A stretch of 64,000 bases of DNA from Macrostomum hystrix (taxonomy: Eukaryota > Animalia > Platyhelminthes), in NCBI GenBank assembly GCA_950097015.1, contig CATNEN010000025.1, forward strand, positions 5,580,001 through 5,644,000, given 5' to 3'. This document shows positions 34,435 to 45,800 of this stretch, one piece after another (the stretch's first letter is position 1; every line of letters starts with the position of its first letter). Under the pieces are notes generated by a model. The model was not told the DNA's origin. It ran no database searches and saw nothing but the letters and a program-made list of their open reading frames with translations. The position numbers and the translations under genes are program-made.

Positions 34435-35239
34435 TGTCCTAGGGCTCTTACTAAATTCAATATTACTCCTAACAATGTCACCAAAGTTGTTGTAGGGCTA
34501 AATTAATTCTACTGCTGTTACCAAAGTTGTTACAGGCCTTTTATACTTTTGTCAATCTTATGAATGTCTTTTAATTATTCGCTTTATGTATTTCTTATCT
34601 CAATTCAAATTGGTAGCGTTTATGTATTCAAATATGGTAGCGTTATATATATTCAATCTGGTAGCGTTATACTTTTAGTATGGCCGGTATCTTTACTGTA
34701 TATTCCTTTCTGCTTATAACTTTACTGTATTATTTCTATAAATACTTCGTATCAATCTTTATCCGTATTTATCAGTCTTTATCCGTCTTTATCAGTCTTT
34801 ATCCGTCTTTATCAGTCTTTATCCGTCTTCAATTATCATTCAGTTAACCTTCAATTCAATCTTCAGTTCAGTCTTCAATTTCAATCTTCAGTCCGTTTCA
34901 TAGGGCTTTCCAGTGGATCTAGAGTTACAGCTCTTCTTCACTTTATTTACTTCTCTTTCGCAAATAACTTCAATATAACACTTTAAGATTCAAGCTTTCT
35001 TTTACTCTGAACTCTTTTCCCAATCGAGGTGGTACGAGTTGGTTTTTCTCTCTTCGCTTCGGGTGTATTTATACTAAAAATTCCCTTCATCTCCGCGACT
35101 TCAGTATAACTATTTTAATTTTCGGTGCAGACAAACAAATGGTGCATTTAAACAAAATTTACGTAACATTAAAACAAAAATATTTAATTTCGCGGGAACA
35201 CTTTCTAGGAAAAATAAAACAATCGGAAACCCTATCTCA
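34435..35239 (-). repeat. 5' LTR (805 bp)
   Basis: Direct repeat of 26520-27324, followed on the - strand by the PBS. Confidence 0.95.
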
Positions 35240-36233
35240 CTAGTTCCATTATACCTTTGATCATATTTCTGTTGGCTTTGTTCTGGGTGGGTTGTTAGGG
35301 TTCCCATAATCTGTTTAATTGTGTGTTAAAATACATGAAGTGTATAGTGGCAAACTGAAACTAAGCAAAGTGCAAGTCTAGCTATCTTTATTATTATAAG
35401 TTTTATTTAGCTAGCTAAAAAAGAAAACCTTATAGTTAAGATGAAGTTTTGGAGCAATAAAAGAATATTTTTTTGCTAATCCTTCTAGGCTAATACATAA
35501 TACAGAAATTGAAAAATTGCTTTAGTAATATACTTTTTTTGGAAAAAATCGAGGTTAACTGGTTATCTAAATCTAAAGTAAACTAACAATAATACATATT
35601 TAAAGCCCTAGGCCTATTTTTAATTATTATAGCTATTCAACATTTAAATGTTATGATACTTGAATGTTATGATATTATGATACAACTTCAAGTGATTATA
35701 CATTATTGTATCAAATAAAAAAATCATTAATTGTTGTGTATAGAGAGTTTCAAATCATTTTTAACAAGACTTTCTATCTGAATGCCTTTTAAAACCATGT
35801 TTTTACACATGATAGTATGATAGTATCTAATGGAATTCATTTTTTTAAAGCACTGTATCTAGCTAGATAGATAGTGGAGATAACTATATAATCAGTTGTT
35901 CTAGTAAATAGGGCATACCTTGCTATCTAAATAATTTGTAGCAATTATTTAGTTTTGATAGGCTTTTGATTGACTGACTAAGCAACCACCATGCCACAAT
36001 TCAAGTAAAGTGTGCTGGATTCCATTTAGGAGAATATCAACTTTTCTAATTGGGTCTAGATAAATGGTTTTTACAGTTGGTAAGATATTTTCTATTCAAT
36101 TACGTGATGGTTTTATATTAAAGATTTTCTAGAAGTGCAGAGTGATATATGCATTTTATTTGACTACCTATACTAATTTCAGATCTCTAAACTCCAAACT
36201 GTTTTTGTCCAATAATATCACCCTTTAATATCC

Positions 36234-39200
36234 ATGGCCGAATCGGCCAAAAGCCTGCTGGCCACAGTTGCCATGGTAACACTTCTGTGGCTACTGTACA
36301 TAGCCTGGCTAACCAGCCGTCGCCTTCCACCAGCTAGTCCACTTGACATCCCAGCGAATGATGCGCCAGTGCTATCCAAGGTGATTCATCCAGTTCCTGG
36401 TGTCAACTTTAGTTTGCGAGACATGAAATGCACTTATCACGCCTGCTTCGATATTGACGCCTGTCGTTTAGTTGGCGAGCACAGGATCGGTGTCTACATA
36501 TATCCCAGTGTGCACTATTACACTCCCGGTGGCCATAGACTATTTGCATTTCGCAGTAGACAATTCGACAGTTTGATTAAGGCCATTAGAGCGTCGCCTT
36601 ATTATACAGCGGACCCATCGAGAGCCTGCGTGTTCCTGCCAGACATTGACACGCTGAATCCGCACGCCTACGAATTTGATTGGTTGCCCCAGTATCTATA
36701 CCAGCTGCCAGCCTGGTCTGGCAACGGCGCCAATCATCTACTATTTGAAGCTTTCCCAGTTCGAGTTGCGCTAGTTAGGCCGGGTGCTACCATTCTTCGA
36801 TTGCCATTGTCGCGAGCTATGGTTGCCAGCGCTAGCTTCACTGAGCGCACCTATCGATCTACATTTGATATCGCATTGCCCACCCTGTCTGCTGGCCCGT
36901 CCAGCGCTAGCCTGACAGATAGTGTGAGTGATTATATCAAATTCATTACAGATTACAATGGAACTGAACAATAGAAAACAGAACAGGATGGTAAAAAAAC
37001 AGTACAGGATGGTAGAAAACCGTACAGGATGGTAGAAAACAGTACAGGATGGTAGAAAACCGTACAGGATGGTAGAAAACAGTACAGGATGGGAGAAAGC
37101 AGTACAGGATGGGAGAAAACAGTACATGATAGGAGAAAACAGAACAGGATGGTAGAAAACAGTACACGATGGTGAAAAACAGTACTTAACAGTAGAAAAC
37201 AGAACATGATGGTGGAAAACAGAACATGACTGTAGAAAACAGAATATAGTGGGAAAAAAACAGAACATAATGGGAGAAAATAGAACATGGCGGTAGGAAA
37301 TAGAACATAATGGGAGAAAATAGAACATGGCGGTAGGAAATAGAACAGGATAGTAGAAATCAGTACAGGATGGGAAAAAACAGTACAGGATGGGAGAAAA
37401 CAGTACAGGATGGTAGAAAACAGAATATGGTGGTAGAAAACAGAACAGTATGGTAGAAAACAGAATAGGGTGGTAGAAAACAGAACAGTATGGTAGAAAA
37501 CAGAATAGGGTGGTAGAAAACAGAACAGTAGGGTAGAAAACAGAGCATAGCGGTAGCAAACAGAACTTGATGGGAGAAGACCGAACATGATGGGAGACAA
37601 CAGAACATGACTGTAGAAAACAGAATATAGTGGGAAAAAAATAGAACATAATGGGAGAAAATAGAACATGGCGGTAGGAAATAGAACATTGCGGAAGAAA
37701 ACAGAACATGGCGGTAGAAAACAGAACAGGATGGTAGAAAACAGAACAGGATGGTAGAAAACAGAACAGGATGGTAGAAAACAGAACAGGATGGTAGAAA
37801 ACAGAACAGGATGGTAGAAAACAGAACAGGATGGTAGAAAACAGAACATAATGGGAGAAAATAGAATATGGCGGTAGGAAATAGAACAGGATAGTAGAAA
37901 ACAGTACAGGATGGGAGAAAACAGTACAGGATGGGAGAAAACAGTACAGGATGGTAGAAAATAGAATACGATGGTAAAAAACAGAACAGTAAGGTAGAAA
38001 ACAGAATAGGGTGGTAGAAAACAGAACAGTATGGTAGAAAACAGAATAGGGTGGTAGAAAACAGAACAGTATGGTAGAAAACAGAATAGGGTGGTAGAAA
38101 ACAGAACAGTATGGTAGAAAACAGAATAGGGTGGTAGAAAACAGAACAGTATGGTAGAAAACAGAATAGGGTGGTAGAAAACAGAATAGGGTGGTAGAAA
38201 ACAGAATAGGGTGGTAGAAAACAGAACAGTATGGTAGAAAACAGAATATGGTGGTAGAAAACAGAACAGTATGGTAGAAAACAGAATAGGGTGGTAGAAA
38301 ACAGAACAGTATGGTAGAAAACAGAATAGGGTGGTAGAAAACAGAATAGGGTGGTAGAAAACAGAATAGGGTGGTAGAAAACAGAATAGGGTGGTAGAAA
38401 ACAGAATAGGGTGGTAGAAAACAGAACAGTATGGTAGAAAACAGAATAGGGTGGTAGAAAACAGAATAGGGTGGTAGAAAACAGAATAGGGTGGTAGAAA
38501 ACAGAATAGGGTGGTAGAAAACAGAACATGACTGTAGAAAACAGAAATACTGTCGTTTATTCCAAAAATGGAAATCTATTTGGGCCTTCCCTTACAGGCT
38601 GATGAGTTCATAAGCGACGCCTCCTCAGACTATGCTGAGCGGCCCATTTTGCTAGCCTCAGCGCCACCTAGCGCCCCGGGTCCGTTGAAGCGTCTTCTAC
38701 GTCGCCTAGGCAACAAGCGCTTCCTAGTGTTGAATTTCTGCCAGTCGGAAGCAAAAACAGCAACTTCTGAGTCTCGATGCAGTAACAATGGAACTCAATT
38801 TAACTATCCTGATATACTATCGAAGTCAACATTCTGTCTGCTGTTTCACACCCAGATGACTGGCTCGGCCGCACTAATAGACGCAATTAGTCGACAATGC
38901 ATTCCCGTTATCTTAACTAACACGAATGTGTTCCCATTTCACGAATTGATAGAATGGAATCGATTCAGTATTCGACTAAATAGAGAAGCGGATCTGTTCA
39001 GTCTGCCTAGGATGTTAACTAAATTTTCGCGTCAATACGTGGCCTTTATGCGATATCAGATGCGCCTGATTTATCAGAGATACTTTTCTAGTCCGGCCGC
39101 GGTGGCATTGGCAGTACTGCAGGTGCTTAATGATCGCGTGTTTCCTTATATGGCACCCTCTATGCAGGTTAGTGCAATATTAATTTTGTAATGATATCGT

Positions 39201-41551
39201 TTGTGATTCTTAGCTAGACTAATCTTGTACTTAATAATCATATCTTACTCGATATTCATATATGTTTCGATAGTCCTATCTGTACTCAATAATCCTATGT
39301 GTATTAAATAATCCTATCTGTGCTCGCTAATCCTATCTGTACTCAATGATTCTATCTGTTCTCAATAATCCTATCTATGCCTAATAATACTATCTGCACT
39401 TAGTAATCCTATCTGTACTCAATAATCCTATCTCTGCTCAATAATCCTATCTGTTCTTAAAAATCTTATCTGTGTTCGGTAATAATATCTGTTCTCGATA
39501 ATTCTTTCTGTTCTAAATAATCCTATCTGTTCTCAATAATACTGTCTATTCTCGATAATCCTTTCTGTGCTCAATAATTATATCTGTTCTCAATCATCCT
39601 ATCTGTGCTCAATAATCCTTTCTGTGCTCAATGACCCAACCTGTACTTAATAATCCTATCTGTACTCAATAACCCTACCCCTAGTGCTCAATAATCCTAT
39701 ATTTACTTAATTATCTTATATGTGCTCAATAATCATATTTTTATTCAACAATCCAATAGTTTCTAGATAATTAACTGTTCTTGATAATCCTATATGTGCT
39801 CAAGAATCCTGTCTGTGTTCAAGAAAACCACAAATATGTTTAAAAACCACACCTGTACTCAAGAACACCAACTATAATAAAGAAACACTCCTATACTTAA
39901 ATGCTGGTGTACTTAAGAACTTATAATATGGATAAAACCATCTCTACTAAAAACCTATCGTACCTAACAACCGTTTCGAAAAAGCCATCTCAATCTGTGC
40001 TCAAAAAACACCAGGAGGCCAACGGTCCGCCACCGGGTGCTCCCGTGTCTCCGCCGCCGCCGCTATTTCACACAGCTCCATTGAACTCTAATCAAGGCTA
40101 CACGGCAGTCGTGCTCACTAATCGCCATGACTTTGACACTCTCAGTAGAACTTTGAGCAGTCTTTTAACTGGTCATCGATTGGGATTGAGTCGACATCTA
40201 CGCAAGATTGTCATAGTGTGGAACGGGCAGAAGGCTGTGCCGCCTACGCTAACGTTAAGCAGTATTATGCCCTCTGTGCCGCCTGGTGTGACCCTCGAAA
40301 TCATTCGCAGCGGAGATAATCGTCTCACTAATCGATATTTGCCCTACGACGCTATTGAAACAGACGCTGTACTTTCCTTGGACGATAATTTTGATTCACT
40401 GCTTCCTGGTAAATTGTGTTCTGTTCTCTTATCTGTAGATGCTTAGATTCCTGTCTTTTTAGTTGTCTAAATCCCACAGTTAATTTCAGACTCCTGTATT
40501 CTACTCTCATATTGTGTTTACTTATTATGTCTGACTGCCGTCCGCGTATGGCTGACTCATGTCCGTAGATGTCTGACTCATGTCCGTAGATGTCTGACTC
40601 ATGTCCGTAGATGTCTGACTCATGTCCGTAGATGTCTGACTCATGTCCGTAGATGTCTGACTCATGTCCGTAGATGTCTGACTCATGTCCGTAGATGTCT
40701 GACTCATGTCCGTAGATTTTTGACTCATGTCTGCTGATGTTTGACATCTTCGTAGATGTTTGACATCTCAGTAGATGTTTGACATCTCAGTAGATGTCAG
40801 AAAACTTTCCATAGATGTCAGACTCATGTCCGTAGATGTTTTACAAGTCCGTCTGACTCATGCCCTTAGATGTCTGACTCATCTCCGTAGATGTCTGACT
40901 CATGTACGTAGATGGCATACCACTTTCTGTAGATGTCTAACTCCTGTCCGTGGATGTCTAATTATCATTCTTGTGTATCTAACTCCTGTCTATAGATGTT
41001 TAGCTGCTATCTATCTAGATGTCAAACATTCATCCTTAGTCACAAGTATATAGTAATTCTCCCATTCCGTTATTAAAGGTGAGCTTCTCCTGGCCTATCA
41101 CGTTTGGCTAGAGAATCCAGACTGCATCGTTGGCTTTCCGCCAGTTCTTCGCAATCACTCCCTTGGAGGGTACTCAGAAGAACTGTCTATGGTACTAACC
41201 AGCGCGGCATTCTATCACAAGCAGTACGGCGCCCTATTTCACGACACCCTGCCTGTAGATCTCATCGACTATATCGACTCAATTGGCGACTGTGAAGATA
41301 TCGCAATGAACTGTCTAGTAGCTAACCTCACTGGCAAGGGTCCAATCAAAGTTGGTCCGCGTCTAAAGTTCCCTAGCAACCGTAGCAGCCGGCCCAGATC
41401 TGCTTGCCTAACGGTTGTTAAACGACACTTTGGCATCGCGGCCCTGCCAGTGCAGCCTGTGGCTTTCAGAGCGGACCCCGTGTTATTTAAGACGGCCTAC
41501 GCTAACTGGTCAGCCAATGCCGACTATGCCGACTTAGATGGCATTCTGTGA
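36234..41551 (+). CDS. EXT2: Exostosin-2-like heparan sulfate polymerase subunit, 708 aa; exons 36234-36923, 38598-39167, 40015-40408, 41079-41551
   Basis: N-terminal TM anchor. Motifs CTYHACFDIDAC, SPYYTADPSRACVFLPDID, LQVLNDRVFPY, NRLTNRYLPYDAIETDAVL, SMVLTSAAFYHK and CEDIAMNCLVAN match EXT2. Exon phases join to 2127 nt. Confidence 0.9.
36965..38545. repeat. Minisatellite, 20-bp unit GGTAGAAAACAGAACAGGAT and variants (EXT2 intron 1)
   Basis: Fills almost the whole intron. Confidence 0.95.
39230..39890. repeat. Degenerate ~20-bp minisatellite AATAATCCTATCTGTGCTC (EXT2 intron 2)
   Basis: Direct reading; old and diverged. Confidence 0.85.
40545..41030. repeat. Minisatellite, 21-bp unit ATGTCCGTAGATGTCTGACTC (EXT2 intron 3)
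   Basis: Perfect core with degenerate 3' part. Confidence 0.92.
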
Positions 41552-41689
41552 TCACTTGCTCAGCCTCATTCACTGTCTGTCTGTTTTTTACTGTCTGTTG
41601 TATCTTACAGATAGTAGCAGCAGAACTCTATTTTAGAGTTCTGTTATTATTCTGATATGAAATATGAATATAATATGCTGTCATATTCT

Positions 41690-41995
41690 GTTTTCTTACT
41701 GTCTTGTTCTGTCTTCTTGCTGTCCTGTTCTGTCTTCTTACTGTCCTGTTCTGTCTTCTTGCTGTCATGTTCTGTCTTCTTGCTGTCATGTTCTGTCTTC
41801 TTGCTGTCATGTTCTGTCTTCTTGCTGTCCTGTTCTGTCTTCTTGCTGTCCTGTTCTGTCTTCTTGCTGTCATGTTCTGTCTTCTTGCTGTCATGTTCTG
41901 TCTTCTTGCTGTCATGTTCTGTCTTCTTGCTGTCATGTTCTGTTTTCTTACTGTCCTGTTCTGTCTTCCTGCCGTCATGTTCTGTCTTCTTTCTG
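41690..41995. repeat. Minisatellite, 21-bp unit TGTCATGTTCTGTCTTCTTGC (3' of EXT2)
   Basis: Direct reading. Confidence 0.93.
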
Positions 41996-42344
41996 TATTC
42001 CATTGTCTTAATTAGTATTTTTTTGTTTTGTTCTGTACTCTCTCTAGTTCAGTTAAATCACACTGTACTAAATTGATATCCTAATTATGGATCAATTTTT
42101 GTTTCAGGTGTGTTTGTCTCTCTTTCTGTTAAAGAGAATTTTTGCAAGTTTTTGTAGAACATCTTCCATTAATTGTCCTCTTACCCGACCTGTCTTTCTG
42201 CCTTGTCTACTATGAGCGTGTACAATAATTGTAATTAATACTTATTAGCAATTAAATGCATGTGCGAGACAATTCACAAACTGTATTAATTTTATTTCTG
42301 TTACTCTATTGGCACATGCTTATTACGTCACAACGAACACTTAA

Positions 42345-42654
42345 TTATAACAATTATTATAATTCCGGGGGCTGGGGGCAATGGCACATCATTTAGTGGC
42401 ACTAGACCCACAAGCTGCGAGGAGGCAGTTCTGCCCATTTCGTTGACTCCTGAGCACACGCTCACACAGTTGTGTACATCTGCCCTGACATTCTCATCGT
42501 CAGGCAGTGTACACTTCACTGTGCCTTGGAGGGAGCCCCCAAGCCTTCTCTCCGCGACTGCGCCCCAAATGAATGTGGCCTCGCCGCGGAATCGAGCTCA
42601 GGGACCTCGGTGCGAGAGGCAAACGCGTTAGACCGCGCTGCCACAGACGGCCCC
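42345..42654 (-). mobile_element. tRNA-derived SINE family 2
   Basis: Head GGCCGTCTGTGGCAGCGCGGTCTAACGCG...GAGCTCGATTCC on the - strand; AT-rich tail; body homologous to 44779-44995 in the opposite orientation. Confidence 0.65.
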
Positions 42655-42849
42655 ACTAGTCATAGTAATAGTAATATACGCAATCGTAATAATATTCACA
42701 CGAGGACTGCGTATACTTGATTATCTTGTGTACAAGTGAATCCGCAGCCAGATCCCATTCCACGGATTCGAGCTCAGGGACCTTAGTATATACTACTGTT
42801 ACTGGATAAGTAGTACTGTTAGCTCCTAATCAAATTAATTTTCAGCCAG

Positions 42850-45800
42850 ATGACAGCTAAGGGCAGCAGTCGGACCGTTAGGCTTCGACAGGCCTTTTTT
42901 CCAAACGCCGACGACGATGGCGACGCATCAGCCGGCACCAGCGGCTGTGTTCTCCGACTAGCCGGTCCATGTGAGTCGTTGGCATTCGCCATCGACCTAC
43001 TGCTAGACTATCAGGCCGATGCGGACGCCGCTATTGAGGCAGCCAGTCATTTGACCGACTTACTCGCCATCGCCTCGCCGTCGACGTCGGCTCGCGGGGC
43101 TGCAACTCTGGCGGCTCTGCTTAGTCGAAAGCAGGCGTGTCGATTAGCATTCGCCGATCGTCCCGATCTGCTAGTTGCCCTGCTGGACCGTCTGCTGCTG
43201 CCTGACTGCGAAGGAAGCAGCGATGGCGATAGCGCAAATGTTGGCGAAGACGCCGAGGAGACTCTCCGACTGTCGGCAGTCGTATTGTGCCACGTCAGCC
43301 AATCGGAGCGCGGCTGTTTGGCTATCTGGCGCTGCGGTCGACTGTCTGGAAGGTGACCGTCTATGTTAACCCTAAAAAGGGCCGATTTAAATTGACAAAT
43401 TAAACTTAAGTTTAGACAAGCTACTATCATTTTCAAATACCCAAATTATTCCTTTCTTTCTGAATCTTACAAAATATTCAACGAGTCGCAATGAAAATCC
43501 GAAACAGAAGCAAAAATTTTTCATCTAGAATCACAAGGCATTAGCATCGTCGAGATATTCAGCGATTCTCGTCGGAGTGTCTGATGGCAAAAACCACCAA
43601 TATAGGCGGCGGGTATTTGAATACCCCCGTGATCTGTCTACTGTTTAGTATTTTTAACTCGGTACACAGGTCGCCAACGGCCGCCCTGCTGTCGGCTCTG
43701 ACACATCCGCCGGCATTGGCTCACGCTTTGACCTGCCTCCGGCGACTGTTGGCCAGCGTGCCGGAGTCGCGCCGCAGCGCCCGGCCCGGGCTGGCTCTAC
43801 TAGCCGGCCTGCTGGGCCTGGCCGATCGGCGACTGCTGGCCGCCGCCGCCGACTGTCTGCAACTGCTGGCGTTCGGTAAGAGTGGTGGGACAATTGGAAC
43901 TACTGTACAATGTCATCGTCTATTTGGTTGGCTTAACAGAACACATTGTGCCCTTTTACGACGACTTGAAGGTCGGTGGTTCGATTCCCGACTCTACCTG
44001 ACCAATTTTTGTCTTTTGGCAAGACACTTAACTCTGCGTTGCTTCAGTTCACCCAGCTGTTGAATGGGTGCAAGCATTAGAGTAATTGTGGGTGGGTGTA
44101 GCGTCCCCCCAGTCCATGGACTGAACAGCCGTACGCAGCCTTCAGATGCGCCGCGCAATAGCTGCAACCAATTGAAGTAGTTATTATACCATGAAAACAC
44201 ATTGAAAAAATTGTTTCGGTACATTGTTTTCTTACAAGTTGCTATTTAAATAACTTTACTGGTAACCTAGGCAAATTCCACCATAATTAGTATTACTGCT
44301 ATTGAATGTTTTCACCTCTTAGCCTAAAATAATAAGCTATCGGCATCTATTAATGACCCCACAGACACAACAACGCACTCAACATAGACTTAACCTCGTG
44401 TTAATAAATTCCAAACGTAATGCTTTGTCAAGGCGACCCCGAGACAAAACGTCGCCTGCTTGAACTCGACGTGCAAAGTCGTCTAGCCGACCTCCTTCGT
44501 CGGCCGTACTCTCGCAACGATGACCAAACTGATGAAGCTTCGGCGAGCATCGACGAAAATTTGCTAGTTGCGGTCGCGCGTCTCATTCGCTCCCTCACGG
44601 TGGAACCCGTTGGCAAGTCGGCCGCCATACGCGCCGGCTGCTTTGAAGCTCTGGCTGCTTACGCCGCTTCTGACGGCGCCACTCAGCGACTGCTGCTCAG
44701 CTGCCTGTGGCCTCTGCGCAATCTCAGCAACTGCTGCTGCTTTGAAGGCTCCCTTGCTTCCGGTGAGTTTCGGGGTGAGTGGCAGAGCGGACCAACGGTG
44801 AACAGTGAGAGTGTACACTGCCTGACGATGAGAAAGTCAGGGCAGATGTACAAACCTGTGTGAGCTTGTGCCTGCGTACAGTATCTGTGTGCGTGTGTGC
44901 TCAGGAGTCAGCGAAATGACAGCAGAATTGCCTCCCCGCTGGCTGTGGGTCTAGTATCCCCGAATGATGTGCCATTGTCCGCAGCCCTCCTGAAAATTAA
45001 TTTTTTTTTCCAGTGAGTCCTAGGATTCGAACTTGCCAATATCCTCAATCATCCATTCAGACTGCATCATGAACCTTCTGGCTCGCCTGACTCGCCTGCT
45101 GGCCTCCGAGGATGCGGACACGGCCACCTGTTCCGCCGGCCTGTTGTGCAACCTCACCTGCGGCAGTCGGCCCTGCAAAATGGCCGTTGTTGAAGCCGGC
45201 GGTGCCGCCGCTTTGACAATCGCTTTAGTAGCGTCAACGGCTGCCACTGGATTTCGGGAAGAATTCGCCGAACCGTTGGTGTGCGCTCTGCGTCACGTGA
45301 CGAGTGATCATTCGCTGGTTAGTTTTTATTAATGTTTTTGTTCTCATTTATGTAAGTAAATAAAAAATATTCTGTTTCGATCCATGAAATCCAAGATGAG
45401 ATCTAAACCAATCTCACATGAGATCTAACCCAATCTCACATGAGATCTAACCCAAAGTCACATGAGATCTAAACTAATCTCACATTAGATCTAACCCAAT
45501 CTCATATGAGATCTAACCCATCTCACATGAGATCTAACCCAATCTCACATGAAATCTAGCCCAATCTCACATGAGATCTAACCGAATCTCACATACAATA
45601 TCAATAAAACCTTAAATGAAATCAATGAAATCCTTGAGATCAGGGAAATCTGACATGAGATGAAACCGAATCACTGATGAGATGGATTCTCATTCTCACG
45701 TGTGATTATATCAAAGCCAATTAAATTATTAATTTTTTTCTAATAAAGGCCAACAAAGCTGCCGAGGAATTCTTTGCACACCGCGGGTCGGCTGCGTTGC

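Larger units (their letters stand above)
26520..35239 (-). mobile_element. Full-length Ty3/Gypsy LTR retrotransposon (8720 bp)
   Basis: Two 805-bp direct LTRs with TG...CA ends; CTAG TSD at 26516-26519 and 35240-35243; PBS; gag; pol in PR-RT-RH-IN order. Confidence 0.97.

Noticed and set aside
36771-38529. Hydrophobic - strand ORFs up to 389 aa
   Set aside because: They derive from the 20-bp array in EXT2 intron 1.
45001-45013. Stronger-looking acceptor TTTTTTTTTCCAG for beta-catenin-like exon 4
   Set aside because: It gives the wrong frame; the acceptor at 45060 restores the armadillo alignment.
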